DNA from: Candidatus Micrarchaeota archaeon
GTDB lineage: Archaea > B1Sed10-29 > JAJRYS01
DNA: 64,000 bases
Assembly (NCBI GenBank): GCA_964643685.1
Contig: CAZXTN010000003.1
Span: 1 to 64,000 of the forward strand
Direction: 5' to 3'
Shown: positions 28,601-39,150 of the stretch, piece by piece
Numbering within the stretch: the stretch's first letter is position 1
Layout of the letters: the number at the start of each line of letters is the position of its first letter
The notes under the pieces: generated by a model
The model's input: only the letters and a program-made list of their open reading frames with translations
Told to the model about the DNA's origin: nothing
The model's database searches: none
Position numbers and translations under genes: made by a program

Positions 28601-28840
28601 TCAGAACACCTCCTTTTCTATTTCGCAGTCATAACCTTCTTCTTTGACAATGTCTCTTATTCTCATTTCAAAAAAGTCAGTTTCCTTATGCTGCTTAAGG
28701 GTAACATAAACTCTTTTATTATCTTCGTTGATTTCAATGTTTTCAATTAAGCCTAGAGCGACAACGCTGTTTCCTTCAATGTCTCTTATTTCTTGAAACT
28801 CGTTCATTAAGTAATCCTTGTTAAGCATGAAAAAAATCAC
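28601..28840 (-). CDS. Small DUF59/MIP18-like protein
   Basis: EIRDIEGNSVVALGLIENIEI..VYVTL resembles the DUF59 N-terminal motif; the T..C motif is absent. Confidence 0.45.
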   Translation of the reverse strand: MIFFMLNKDYLMNEFQEIRDIEGNSVVALGLIENIEINEDNKRVYVTLKQHKETDFFEMRIRDIVKEEGYDCEIEKEVF

Positions 28841-28848
28841 TTATTAAT

Positions 28849-30780
28849 TTAAAAAATAAACTTGAGGAGAATGACAATCATTACAAGAATAGCAACTGCA
28901 AGGGCTACAATCATTAAAGCTTCTAAACTGAATTCAGGCACTTCAAATTTTTCCTTGTAGAAATTCACGTCAAACTCGTAAGAGTAATGAGCGTTGACAA
29001 AACCGGTTTCAAAGCCTTGCAAGTCAATCTTGTAAACTCCTTCATCATTAGGATAGAATATTGATTCATAAAGTCCTGTTTGTTCATTTTGACTGAAGTC
29101 CGCTTTAATAGTCCTGCCTGACGGCTCGACAATGCTTCCTATGACAAGGGCTCCTGGTACAGAACGGTTTTCTTCATCAAGCAAGTCAACTTTAATTAAA
29201 ACACCTTTTGACTTGTTCAATTCAATTGACTCGTTTTCATAAGGAGAAACAATTGAAAAATTAAGCACATGAGGGCTTATTTGAAAACTTGTTTCAGCAA
29301 CTGCTGTCAAATCCAAGTACTTGGCAACTGCTTTCAAGGAATAGTCACCGCTTGAAAGACGAGGAGTTGAATAAGCATATTCTCCATAAGAGTCATAACT
29401 CATTTCATGCTTCTCGTCATTCAAGAAAATATAAACAGAGGCATTAGGCAACCTAACGTCGTTGTAAAGAACTAAAGTTCTTATGTTCAAGCTGCTGTTT
29501 TCAACATAAACTTCAGGCAAAGGGCTTAAAATGTTTACAGTGAAATTTTCAACTTCAGCTAATTGAGTTGAATTGCCAACAATCAAGAAAATTGTTTTGA
29601 CTGCTTTTTCATTTCCCTTCTCTAAGTGGAATTCAACAGAGTAATCACCTGACTCGTTGAAGAAATAAGAAGCTTCATAAGAGAACCTGCCTGCAGTCAT
29701 TTCAACTGAGTCATAATCCTCTCCATAACGCTTGATTTTCATAACTGCGTCAGCGTCGCTGATAAGCAAGCCCCTCTCGTCAAAAAAATTAACTTCAAAA
29801 CTGACGCTTGAATTCAAGGAATAATTAAACACACCTGGCTCAACCAAGTAAATACTCGGCCCATTTGAAATGGAATTTTCAGACTGTGTTTCAGAAACAG
29901 AAACAGGCACATCCTTAACCAAGTCAAAATCATTGTATTTGATTTCAACAGCAAGGGAATAATTTCCGCTTGTAACATTCAAAGGAATAAAGCCCTTAAA
30001 AGCACCTGGGTAATACAAGCTAAGCTTCTGCTGGTTGAAGACAAAACCGCTTGAATTAACAAGCTTCACAACCCCTGTTCCGCTTCTAATGTTCTTGCTT
30101 CCATAAACAAAAACTGCTTCTACATAAGCAACAGCATCTTTTTTGAAAACAGTGTTTTCCTGTGGGGAATAAACATTAATGAAAGCAGTTTTTCCCTCAT
30201 CAACGCTTAAAGAACAAAAAGCATGCCTGTGTGAATCGCTGAAAACAGCGTCAAAGTCAATGTCATAATCGCCTGCAGGGAGCTTCAAGTACTTTGAAAA
30301 ATGGCAGTCAACTCCTTTGTCCATTTTATAAGAACCTCCGTTAAACCTCATGAAAACACTGGCATCCTGGCAAAAGCCGTTGTCATTCGCGCTTGCTTCA
30401 AACTTGTACAAGCCAGTTTCTTCGTCAAAAACAGGTGGCTTGACATTCAAATAAGTTGAAACCAAGCCATTGTCAGTTAAAACTAACTTTTTAATAACAG
30501 AGTCATTCACGCCGTCAGCATCAGTGACAGTTAAATTAACTATATGCTCACCTGGCTCTGAAAAAACAATCTGAAAATGCTCGTCAGAATGCTGTTCAAT
30601 GCCGTCAATGCTCCAGATGTAATCAACAGCATCAATGGAATTGCTTGCATCAAAGTAAATTCTTAAAGGAGCATCGCCTGACACTGGGTTGAAAGTAAAA
30701 TCAGCAACTGGCTTAGCTAATACAAAAGAAACTAGAAACAAAAACACTGCTAAAATTTTCAAAAACTTCACTGCAATCAC
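28849..30780 (-). CDS. PKD-domain surface protein with Ig-like repeats and C-terminal anchor
   Basis: Signal peptide; PVADF..SGDAPL.I.FDAS..Y.W..PG.H.V.LTVTD; C-terminal TM. Confidence 0.8.
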   Translation of the reverse strand: MIAVKFLKILAVFLFLVSFVLAKPVADFTFNPVSGDAPLRIYFDASNSIDAVDYIWSIDGIEQHSDEHFQIVFSEPGEHIVNLTVTDADGVNDSVIKKLVLTDNGLVSTYLNVKPPVFDEETGLYKFEASANDNGFCQDASVFMRFNGGSYKMDKGVDCHFSKYLKLPAGDYDIDFDAVFSDSHRHAFCSLSVDEGKTAFINVYSPQENTVFKKDAVAYVEAVFVYGSKNIRSGTGVVKLVNSSGFVFNQQKLSLYYPGAFKGFIPLNVTSGNYSLAVEIKYNDFDLVKDVPVSVSETQSENSISNGPSIYLVEPGVFNYSLNSSVSFEVNFFDERGLLISDADAVMKIKRYGEDYDSVEMTAGRFSYEASYFFNESGDYSVEFHLEKGNEKAVKTIFLIVGNSTQLAEVENFTVNILSPLPEVYVENSSLNIRTLVLYNDVRLPNASVYIFLNDEKHEMSYDSYGEYAYSTPRLSSGDYSLKAVAKYLDLTAVAETSFQISPHVLNFSIVSPYENESIELNKSKGVLIKVDLLDEENRSVPGALVIGSIVEPSGRTIKADFSQNEQTGLYESIFYPNDEGVYKIDLQGFETGFVNAHYSYEFDVNFYKEKFEVPEFSLEALMIVALAVAILVMIVILLKFIF

Positions 30781-30924
30781 TTTAAATAATTAAGAAAAAA
30801 CACTAATAAAAAACTACTTATTTATGAAAAGCCCCATGCAAAAAGCTCTAGAACAGGTTAAAATATGAAGTTTTGAAGCTGTTTCTTTAATGTTTTTAAA
30901 CTAATAACTCTAAAAGAAAAAGCA

Positions 30925-32778
30925 ATGAATCAGAAACTCAAAGATGAAAAAATAAAAGTAGTCAAACTAACCAAGTACTTAAGGTCACTGCCTTCAACAA
31001 AACAAGCTTACTTCTTAATCATCTTAACTTCAATAGTAATTGGAATAGCAAGCCACTACATACTTACCAGAAGCATAAGCCCAATAGATTCCCTAAAAGC
31101 AGGCACAATAATAGGACTGATTTTTCTAGGATTGCCTACAATAACAACTGCAATACTGACAACAACAATGACGCTTAAAACAAAAGCAAAAATAGACTTT
31201 AAAGAATCAGTCTACCTAGCAACAGCAGGAATGCTTATCATAACAATACCTTACTTGATTGGAATATGGCTTTCAACTTCAAACACCCTCTACCTCATTG
31301 ACTTGCTTATATTCGGCTACTCAGCAATATTCCTAATAAGAGTAATTACAATAATACTAATCACCCCAAACGGGATAATAAAATCAACACCAATCGCCTT
31401 AATCCAGCCACTCGCAGGATTCCTTTTCATTTCAACAATAACAGCAGTAAACACAGTATACACCCTCATACCAATGCCGCAGATAAACATATTCACATTC
31501 ACTGCAAAATCACTAATAAGCCTGGCAATAATGGTTGGAAGCACAATACTCCTGATAAAAGCAATCGACGCGCCGATGAAAAAAAACTTCGGCATAAAAT
31601 CAACAACACTTACCAGAGCTTTCCTCGCCCACTGGCTGAACAACTCCCTTGACATAGAAGAAAAAATGGCACCTTCAACAGAAAAAATAAACGCCTTAAT
31701 AGGAATCATAACATTCAAGGCAAAAAACAAAATAAAAGCAGTGCTGATAACCCCTTACCTGCACCCAGGGCCATTCGCAGAAATAGCAGGAGCAAAAATA
31801 GCAAAAGAACTGACAAAAATAGACAAAGACCTAAACACCACTACCCTCGTGGCACACGGAACAGCAACCCACGACTTAAACCCAATGAGAACAGAAGACC
31901 TGCCTAAAATAAGAAAAACAATAACCCAGAAAATCAAAGCAATGAAATTCAAAAAAGAAAAAATGTCATTTGAAAAAGCAGAGACAAAAAACGCTGAAAT
32001 GACAGGCGCGTCATTCGGAGACAACGTGTTCATGGCATCTTCTTTTTACCCGAAAGCAACAGAAGACATTGACTTGTCAATAGGAAAAAACATAATGAGC
32101 AAAATGGAAAAAAACTTCACAAACGCCATTTACGCAGACGCGCATAATTGCAACAGGGACGGGCACTTCACAGTATTTTCAGGAGACCCTAGAACAGCTT
32201 ACCTTGAAGAAGCAGCAGAACAGCTAAGCAGAAAGCTGCTGAAAGCAAAAAAAGAAAACTTTCAAGTAGGAGTAAGCGCAGTTAAAATCAAAAACTACTC
32301 AGAAAAAGAAGGCTTGGGGACAGCAGGCATAAGAACCCTTCTTTTCAAAACACAATCAGGAAAAAAATACGCTTTCATAATAATAGACGCTAACAATTTG
32401 AAAGGCAACTTGAGAAAAACAATCCTCGATGAAGCCAAAAAACAAGGAATAGAAAAAGCAGAGGTAATGACAACAGACTCGCATACAGTAAACAACATTC
32501 AAGGAGTATACAACCCGTTCGGAGAAAGAATACCATTGAATGAAATCAAAAAAGCAATAAGAAAAGGAATTGAAGAAGCTGAAAAAAACCTGGAGCAAGC
32601 AGAAGTAAGCGTGGAAAAAATAAAAGTCCCTGGAATAAGAGTGCTTGGAATGCAAAGAGCAAGCGAATTAATAGCAACTATAAATTCAATAGTTTCTTCA
32701 ATGACAATACTAGGGCCTTTCGTCCTGGCAAGCGGAATACTGCTTTCGCTTCTGTCAATATTAATAATAACATGGTGA
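30925..32778 (+). CDS. DUF2070-family membrane protein
   Basis: TM N-half; HPGPF, HG..THDLNP, DAHN, DANN, TTDSH motifs. Confidence 0.85.
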   Translation: MNQKLKDEKIKVVKLTKYLRSLPSTKQAYFLIILTSIVIGIASHYILTRSISPIDSLKAGTIIGLIFLGLPTITTAILTTTMTLKTKAKIDFKESVYLATAGMLIITIPYLIGIWLSTSNTLYLIDLLIFGYSAIFLIRVITIILITPNGIIKSTPIALIQPLAGFLFISTITAVNTVYTLIPMPQINIFTFTAKSLISLAIMVGSTILLIKAIDAPMKKNFGIKSTTLTRAFLAHWLNNSLDIEEKMAPSTEKINALIGIITFKAKNKIKAVLITPYLHPGPFAEIAGAKIAKELTKIDKDLNTTTLVAHGTATHDLNPMRTEDLPKIRKTITQKIKAMKFKKEKMSFEKAETKNAEMTGASFGDNVFMASSFYPKATEDIDLSIGKNIMSKMEKNFTNAIYADAHNCNRDGHFTVFSGDPRTAYLEEAAEQLSRKLLKAKKENFQVGVSAVKIKNYSEKEGLGTAGIRTLLFKTQSGKKYAFIIIDANNLKGNLRKTILDEAKKQGIEKAEVMTTDSHTVNNIQGVYNPFGERIPLNEIKKAIRKGIEEAEKNLEQAEVSVEKIKVPGIRVLGMQRASELIATINSIVSSMTILGPFVLASGILLSLLSILIITW

Positions 32779-32785
32779 AAAAAAA

Positions 32786-33907
32786 ATGAAAATTGGGTAT
32801 TTTACTGAAACTTACTTGCCTCAGACAAACGGAGTTGTTGAGTCAATAAACAACCTCGGGCAGGAGCTTGTTAAACGAGGACATGAAGTGCATATTTTCG
32901 CGCCTAATCCAGGAATAAAAGAATACAAAGGAATGAAAATACACCCTGTTCCAGGCATAAACTTCAAGCCTTACCCTGATTACAAAATAGCAATACCTAT
33001 AAAAGTAAAAGTGCCTGAACTTGACATCGTGCATACCCACGGGCCTTTTTCAATGGGAGTATACGGGCTTTACATAGCTAAAAAGCAACGCATACCAGCA
33101 GTGTCAACTTACCATACTCTCTTGTCAGAATACGTTGATTATGTTTCAAGGCACTGGCAGAAAGTAACTAAAAAAATAGCAGAGGAGTACTGCGAGTATC
33201 ACTACAGAAGATATGATTCTTTAATTACGCCAAGCAGTTACATGAAACAAAGCCTTTCAAAAAAACTGCAGTTGAAAACAACTGTAATTCCAACGCCCAT
33301 CAAAAACCTGAAGCCAGTGGCAAACGCGAAGAAAAAACTAGGACTGCAGAAATACAAGAGAGTTTACTTGCATTTAGGAAGAATAAGCCCTGAGAAAAGC
33401 ATTGACGTCATACTAAAAGCAGTTCCTTTATTCGTGGAAGAAAATGAAATCCTGTTAATTGCAGGCAAAGGGCCTGAACTTCCAAAGCTTAAAAAACTCG
33501 CAAAAGAACTTAAGCTTGGGAAAAAAGTCAAATTCCTCGGCTACGTGCCTGAAGAACTGAAAACAACTTATTACTCAGCAGCTGACTTGTTCATAACAGC
33601 TTCTAAAAGCGAAACAGAAGGACTTGTAGTCATTGAAGCGCAGGCATGCGGAACTCCTGTAATAGCACCTGAAGCAACAGCAATGCCTGAATTAATAACA
33701 GAAGGCAAAAACGGGTACTTGTTCACGCCTGACAATTACAAGGAACTGGCAAGAGCAATCAATTTCCACAAGTTTCCTAAGACAATGAAAAAAGAAGCAG
33801 TTAAAAAAGCAAGGCAGTACAGCATTAAAAAATCAGCAGACAAGCTTGAAAAACTATATGAAAAAGCAATCAAGCAAAAGAAAAAGAAAAAATTTTACTT
33901 CTTTTAA
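32786..33907 (+). CDS. GT4 glycosyltransferase
   Basis: FTETYLPQTNGV, TYHT, GRISPEK, SETEGLVVIEAQACG. Confidence 0.92.
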   Translation: MKIGYFTETYLPQTNGVVESINNLGQELVKRGHEVHIFAPNPGIKEYKGMKIHPVPGINFKPYPDYKIAIPIKVKVPELDIVHTHGPFSMGVYGLYIAKKQRIPAVSTYHTLLSEYVDYVSRHWQKVTKKIAEEYCEYHYRRYDSLITPSSYMKQSLSKKLQLKTTVIPTPIKNLKPVANAKKKLGLQKYKRVYLHLGRISPEKSIDVILKAVPLFVEENEILLIAGKGPELPKLKKLAKELKLGKKVKFLGYVPEELKTTYYSAADLFITASKSETEGLVVIEAQACGTPVIAPEATAMPELITEGKNGYLFTPDNYKELARAINFHKFPKTMKKEAVKKARQYSIKKSADKLEKLYEKAIKQKKKKKFYFF

Positions 33908-33922
33908 AAATTAAAAAAAAAA

Positions 33923-35083
33923 TCAATTCAAAAACTGTTCATATACTTCTTCAACTTGCTTTCCTACAACACTCCAATCAAAGTTCTTTTTAACTCTTTC
34001 ATAAGCTTCTTTTGCCTTCTTTTTCCTTAACTTTGAATCAGACAAATATTTTTCAATAGCTTTACGTAGGGCTTCTGAATCCCGGGAAGGAACCATTAAA
34101 GCAGTATCAGCTAAAACCTCTGGAATGCCCCCTACATTTGTTGAAACAACAGGAGTTTCAGCAGCCATTGCCTGAATCAACACAATTCCAAACGGCTCAT
34201 GCAAGCTCGGCAAAACAAACACGTCAGCAGCTGAATACAATTCAACCATCTCCTCTTCAGTCAACCTCTCTGGCTTAAGAGTCACCCTGCCTTTCAATTC
34301 ACGCGAAGACATTAACTTCCTTATCTTATTCTCATAATCAAAACCGCTTGCATCAAACCTTCCTTTAATAATTAAATGAAAATCAAAGTCAAGCCCCTTC
34401 ACAGCTTCTAATAAGTATTCTATTCCTTTCTGTGGCACGAGACGCGCGTCAGTCAATAACAAAAACTCTGCACCAACTTCATCTTTTAAATTAGTTTTTC
34501 TCCTCTTCCAATTTTTCACATAAATTCCGTTATAAGCAACGCCTGTCTGTTTTTTAGGGTAATTTTTTGGAACAGTCACGTCAAGCGAATACTGCGAGTT
34601 AGCGAAAATGAAATCTGTTCTTCTCATTAAAAAATTGCCAAACAAGTCGTCAAACAAGCCTCCGAAAAAATTCGTCTGCCAGTTAATGTCTTCAGGACGG
34701 GAGTTATGAATTGTTAAAAACAGCTTTTTATGAAGCAGTTTTTTATGAAGCAGTAAGGGGTAATAGCTCAGGAAGTACCTTGAATGCAAGTGAATGAAGT
34801 CAGGGTTGATTTTTTTCAACAACTTGTAACCAGTGTAGGTATAGCCGATTGGATGAGCGTAAGGAGGAGGAAGCAGGGCAGGCAACTTGTATAATATGAT
34901 GCTGTTGAGGCGGTGTACGTTTATGCCGAACAAGTTCTCTTCTTTTGCTTGTCCTTTTTCACGGGAGCATATGACGTCAACTTCATGTCCTTTGCTTACG
35001 AGGTATTTTGACAAGTCAAGGACGTAATTTTCAGTGCCTCCTCTGAAGGGGTAAAAAAATGGGTTGACCATTGTGATATGCAT
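33923..35083 (-). CDS. GT4 glycosyltransferase
   Basis: GGTE, RLVPQKG, EPFGIVLIQAMA..GGIPE. Confidence 0.92.
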   Translation of the reverse strand: MHITMVNPFFYPFRGGTENYVLDLSKYLVSKGHEVDVICSREKGQAKEENLFGINVHRLNSIILYKLPALLPPPYAHPIGYTYTGYKLLKKINPDFIHLHSRYFLSYYPLLLHKKLLHKKLFLTIHNSRPEDINWQTNFFGGLFDDLFGNFLMRRTDFIFANSQYSLDVTVPKNYPKKQTGVAYNGIYVKNWKRRKTNLKDEVGAEFLLLTDARLVPQKGIEYLLEAVKGLDFDFHLIIKGRFDASGFDYENKIRKLMSSRELKGRVTLKPERLTEEEMVELYSAADVFVLPSLHEPFGIVLIQAMAAETPVVSTNVGGIPEVLADTALMVPSRDSEALRKAIEKYLSDSKLRKKKAKEAYERVKKNFDWSVVGKQVEEVYEQFLN

Positions 35084-35153
35084 GCTAGAATTAAAGAAAA
35101 AAGAGTTTAATAAAAGTAACTAAAAAGAGATTTAAAAAAAGGAAGGTGTTTTG

Positions 35154-35393
35154 TTAATGCTGTACTACTATTATGTCTTTGACTGACTTTACTCTCTTGT
35201 ATAGCACGCTTTTCTTTTGAAGTATTTTAGACGCGTCTGTTTTAGAACTAGCCAAGCTTCTGATCGGCTCAGTGGTTATTCTAATGACTTCTCCTTTTTC
35301 CAAGTCAATTATGAAGTCATTGGCTCTGCCTAAATAAGCTCCATTAGTGTCATAAATTCCTAAGCCGTACATTTTTGAAACAGCGTAACTCAT
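35154..35393 (-). CDS. PRC-barrel protein (CdpB-like)
   Basis: SKMYGLGIYDTNGAYLGRANDFIID..VKSVKDIIVV. Confidence 0.82.
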   Translation of the reverse strand: MSYAVSKMYGLGIYDTNGAYLGRANDFIIDLEKGEVIRITTEPIRSLASSKTDASKILQKKSVLYKRVKSVKDIIVVQH

Positions 35394-35464
35394 GATTTAA
35401 TTTTAACACGTAATTCATTTAAAAAGTTAATGCTTTATTAATGCTTGATGCGAGGTAAAAAGCA

Positions 35465-36382
35465 ATGGATTTTGAAAAATGCTTCAAGTTGCTGAATCCT
35501 GAAAGCAACAAAAGAGTAATAGTTGCAACTGCAGAGCCTGTTTCAGTTGCTTTGTATTTAGCAGGAAAAGCAAAAGAACAAGGCAAGGTAGTTGAAGCAA
35601 CTGCCTTAACAGCGAACCTAGAAGAAGATAAAAGCATAAGAGACAAAGTATATGAAATTGAAGAAAAACACCCTGAATTAAAAGAAGTTATTGAAAAAGG
35701 CTTGCCTAAAACTGTTTTTGAAAAAACAAGTTTTGAGAACTTTCAGACAAAATTAAAATATGATTACTTGGTTTTTGAACAAAATAAAATTGAAAAAAAG
35801 CACTTTGAAAAAATAATAAGTTTAGGCATAAAAAAAGCAGTTGTTTCCCTTCCTTTATCTTATTTCATGCCAATGGAAGCTTATGAAACAAAATTCTTCT
35901 TGATTAAAAAAAGAGCAATGAAAAGCTTGAAGCAGCTGCTTGAAGAAGCAGGAGCGCATATTAGTTATTACGACGCAGAAGGACAGTCTCTAATTGTCGT
36001 GTTTGAAAGCATTGAAAAAGCACTTGAATTCAAGCAAGCTGGCTTGGAAAAAGCAAGCGAGGAAATTGTCAAAGAACTTGAAAAGTACTTGAAATACGTG
36101 AAAGAAAACGCTGAATTTGCAGTGAAAAGCGAAGACGGAGAATACCTTTATTACATAAAAACAATGCAGGGGGAAAAAGGTTTTTTTGAATATGAATTGA
36201 TTTACTTCAACGGAATGCATAAAATCTCTGTAAAAGACAAGAAAACAAAAGGAAAGAAGTATGAAATTGCCGTGCTTCCGAACACGCGTGTGTTTCAGAA
36301 AGAGCTTGAAAAAAAAGAAGTGATAATAACAACTAAAACAGAAGCAGTTAAATTATTTCAAGAAACTTACTCTCCTTATTAG
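35465..36382 (+). CDS. Hypothetical protein
   Basis: 305-aa open frame with SD GAGGT; no motif recognised. Confidence 0.65.
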   Translation: MDFEKCFKLLNPESNKRVIVATAEPVSVALYLAGKAKEQGKVVEATALTANLEEDKSIRDKVYEIEEKHPELKEVIEKGLPKTVFEKTSFENFQTKLKYDYLVFEQNKIEKKHFEKIISLGIKKAVVSLPLSYFMPMEAYETKFFLIKKRAMKSLKQLLEEAGAHISYYDAEGQSLIVVFESIEKALEFKQAGLEKASEEIVKELEKYLKYVKENAEFAVKSEDGEYLYYIKTMQGEKGFFEYELIYFNGMHKISVKDKKTKGKKYEIAVLPNTRVFQKELEKKEVIITTKTEAVKLFQETYSPY

Positions 36383-36469
36383 GCATAAGAAGGTAAAAAC
36401 TAATTTAAACATGTAATGAGCAAGAAATAATCAGTAAAAAAAGGAGGAATATGAAAAGGAGGCGTGGAA

Positions 36470-36976
36470 ATGGATTTTTTTAAAAAAAAGAAGAAAAAAG
36501 AAAATGATTTTTTCAGTGGTTTTTTCGACGATGATTTTAACAAGATTTTCAGCAACATGTTCAGAGACATACAGCAACAAATGGCTGAACTTGAAAAAAA
36601 CATGCATGAAATGGAAAACCAGCCAGGAGTTAAGAAAAGAACTTATGGCTTCACTATGAAAATAGGGCCAGACGGGCATGTTAAAATAGAAGAATTCGGC
36701 AACATTCCAACAGAAAAAACAAGCAAAAAAGCAAAACATCCTTTAAGGCAACCTTTAGTTGACGTAATGGACAGGGAAAAAGAAGTAGCAGTCATAGCAG
36801 AACTTCCAGGCGTTTCAAAAAAAGACATTAAACTAAAGCTAAGCAAGGACAAGAAAAAACTTACGATAACAGCAGGAGACAAGTACTACAAAGAACTTAA
36901 ACTCCCTGCAAAAGTTAAAAAAATAGAAAAACAAACATACAAAAATGGAATTTTAGACGTAACTTTAAAAAAGTGA
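36470..36976 (+). CDS. hsp20: Archaeal small heat shock protein Hsp20
   Basis: YGFTMKIGPDG..EEFGN, PLVDV..AELPGV, YKNGILDV. Confidence 0.92.
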   Translation: MDFFKKKKKKENDFFSGFFDDDFNKIFSNMFRDIQQQMAELEKNMHEMENQPGVKKRTYGFTMKIGPDGHVKIEEFGNIPTEKTSKKAKHPLRQPLVDVMDREKEVAVIAELPGVSKKDIKLKLSKDKKKLTITAGDKYYKELKLPAKVKKIEKQTYKNGILDVTLKK

Positions 36977-37029
36977 AGCAGTACACGCCTTCCTTTTTTC
37001 CTTTTTAAAAAAATTGGTGAATGTACAGA

Positions 37030-37497
37030 ATGCCTGAATGCGAAATATGTGGCAGATACACTGACGACTTGTACACTATTGAAGTTGAAAGAGCAATCCT
37101 GCAAGTATGCAGGCAATGTTCTACAAAAGGCAAGTTCATAGCAAAAGTAAGAGAAGAGAAAAAACCAAAAAAAATAGTAATAGTTAATGAACAGCCAGTT
37201 GAAGAACTAATTGACAACTACGACGAGCTCGTGAAAAAAAAGAGAAAAGAAGCTGGATTCACTCAAGAAGAACTTGCTAAAAAAATAAACGAGCCGCTGT
37301 CAACAATTAAGAAAATAGAAAACGCGCAACTGCATCCAACTGAAAAAACAGCTAAAAAACTTGAAAAATTATTCGGAATAAAGTTGTATCAAATTGTAAA
37401 AAAACAGGACATAGAACAGCCTTCAGTTAAAAAAACAGAGCAAGGGCATCTTACTCTTGCAGACGTAGTGAGGATAAAAAAGAAAAAAAGAGAGTGA
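37030..37497 (+). CDS. Multiprotein bridging factor aMBF1
   Basis: CEICG..VC..C zinc ribbon plus Cro-HTH (TQEELAKKINE..KIE), TLAD end. Confidence 0.9.
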   Translation: MPECEICGRYTDDLYTIEVERAILQVCRQCSTKGKFIAKVREEKKPKKIVIVNEQPVEELIDNYDELVKKKRKEAGFTQEELAKKINEPLSTIKKIENAQLHPTEKTAKKLEKLFGIKLYQIVKKQDIEQPSVKKTEQGHLTLADVVRIKKKKRE

Positions 37498-37507
37498 ATT
37501 AATAAAA

Positions 37508-38788
37508 ATGAGTTACTTTACATGGGCGATAATAATTCTGCTGGCAACTGCCCCTGCCTGGCTTTTTAAAAAGTACTTGAAAATGGACACAGCAGGGCCA
37601 ATAGTTCTTTGGAAAACAAAAAAAGGCACTGGAATTGTCAAGAAAATAGCTAAGTTCTCTTTCTTCACTTACTTAGCTGACTTGGGATTGATTTTTTCAT
37701 TTGGATTAATAGGAGCTTATTACCTCTTGTTTTCAAAAGAGCACAAATACAAGTTAAAACACGTGCTTGTCATGTACTTTGTTTTTCTCGCTTCAGCTTT
37801 GATATTCACTGAACCAACTGCATTTGCTGGAAAAATAACTCATCTTGACTTCATAATCACTTTGTTCACAACCGGCTTCGGAGGATTCATGTTCTATTCC
37901 CTCCTATGGAGCACGTGGGTAGTTGCTTACCAGTATTACATAGGAACACAACCTGTTCCAATGGTTCAGCCAATAATACCAGGAGTAGACATTCCAGGAG
38001 CGCCTATAAAAGTTCCACTCAGCGCCTTAATTGGAATGGTTATACTTGTAATAGTCCACGAGTTCTCACATGGAGTACTTGCAATAAGAGAAAAAATAAA
38101 ACTAAAAACACTTGGAGTAGCTACTCTTGGAATATTTCCAATAGGCGCTTTTGCAGAACCAGATGAAAAACAACTTGAAAAAACCACTCCTAAAAAAAGA
38201 ATGAGAGTATACTCAGCTGGCTCAATGGCTAACTTTCTAACAGCAATGATTTTCCTGGCTTTACTAATCCCATCAACAGCATTAATCAACCCTTCATTAA
38301 TGAATGATTATAGCACAAGTATAGTAACAGTAACACCTGGCTCGCCAGCTGACTTAGCTGGATTAAAACCAGGAATGAAAATATACGGCACAAGCTTTAT
38401 AGAACAACCTAGAATACCTAACACGCCAATCACTTTAAAAACAAGCGAAGGAGAAAAAACTATAATCAGAAATGAGGAAGGAATGATTGGAATAACTTAC
38501 GACACTCATTTCCAGCTTACTTCAAACCAATTAAGCCACTGGATAAAATACTACTACTTGGAAATAATTACCTGGACTTTCCTGCTAAACTTATTAGTTG
38601 GAATGTTCAACTACTTACCTTTTGCAATATTTGACGGCGCAAAACTATTCGAGGACTTGATAAACTTTTACGACTACAAGCTAAGAAGAAAAAAAGACAA
38701 AACACTAAGCAAAAAACTTCTTAAAGGAATATTTTGGATAATAGTAATTACTTTCATCATAAACTTCCTACCTTACTTCATAAAATAA
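37508..38788 (+). CDS. Site-2 protease (M50) with PDZ-like insert
   Basis: VHEFSHG, GAFAEPD, AGSMAN, SPADLAGL.PG, FNYLPFAIFDG. Confidence 0.9.
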   Translation: MSYFTWAIIILLATAPAWLFKKYLKMDTAGPIVLWKTKKGTGIVKKIAKFSFFTYLADLGLIFSFGLIGAYYLLFSKEHKYKLKHVLVMYFVFLASALIFTEPTAFAGKITHLDFIITLFTTGFGGFMFYSLLWSTWVVAYQYYIGTQPVPMVQPIIPGVDIPGAPIKVPLSALIGMVILVIVHEFSHGVLAIREKIKLKTLGVATLGIFPIGAFAEPDEKQLEKTTPKKRMRVYSAGSMANFLTAMIFLALLIPSTALINPSLMNDYSTSIVTVTPGSPADLAGLKPGMKIYGTSFIEQPRIPNTPITLKTSEGEKTIIRNEEGMIGITYDTHFQLTSNQLSHWIKYYYLEIITWTFLLNLLVGMFNYLPFAIFDGAKLFEDLINFYDYKLRRKKDKTLSKKLLKGIFWIIVITFIINFLPYFIK

Positions 38789-38806
38789 AAAATTAAATTG
38801 CTTTTC

Positions 38807-39145
38807 ATGAACTCAAAACAACTGACAGACATCATTTACAAAGCAGCACGCGAAAAGAAAAATGAGGAAAAAATCAAATTCATTACAAACGCTGCAATCG
38901 GCTACCTCGAAGCAGCTTTAACCATTGCAAAAAAACAAGAAAACCCTTCAAAACAATTGCAGCAGGAAATGAGCAGCCACGCTTCAACAATACAAATACT
39001 TGAAAAGCTTCAAAACAAGTACTTGAAACTAATGAAACAAAACCCCCATAAAAAAAACATGTACGTGAAAGAATACTACGGCAGGGCATCATCAGTGCTG
39101 AAAAAACTGAAATTCACAGAAACAGAAGAACTCATAAAGAAATAA
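38807..39145 (+). CDS. Hypothetical helical protein
   Basis: Open frame with normal coding composition. Confidence 0.55.
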   Translation: MNSKQLTDIIYKAAREKKNEEKIKFITNAAIGYLEAALTIAKKQENPSKQLQQEMSSHASTIQILEKLQNKYLKLMKQNPHKKNMYVKEYYGRASSVLKKLKFTETEELIKK

Positions 39146-39150
39146 TTTTC

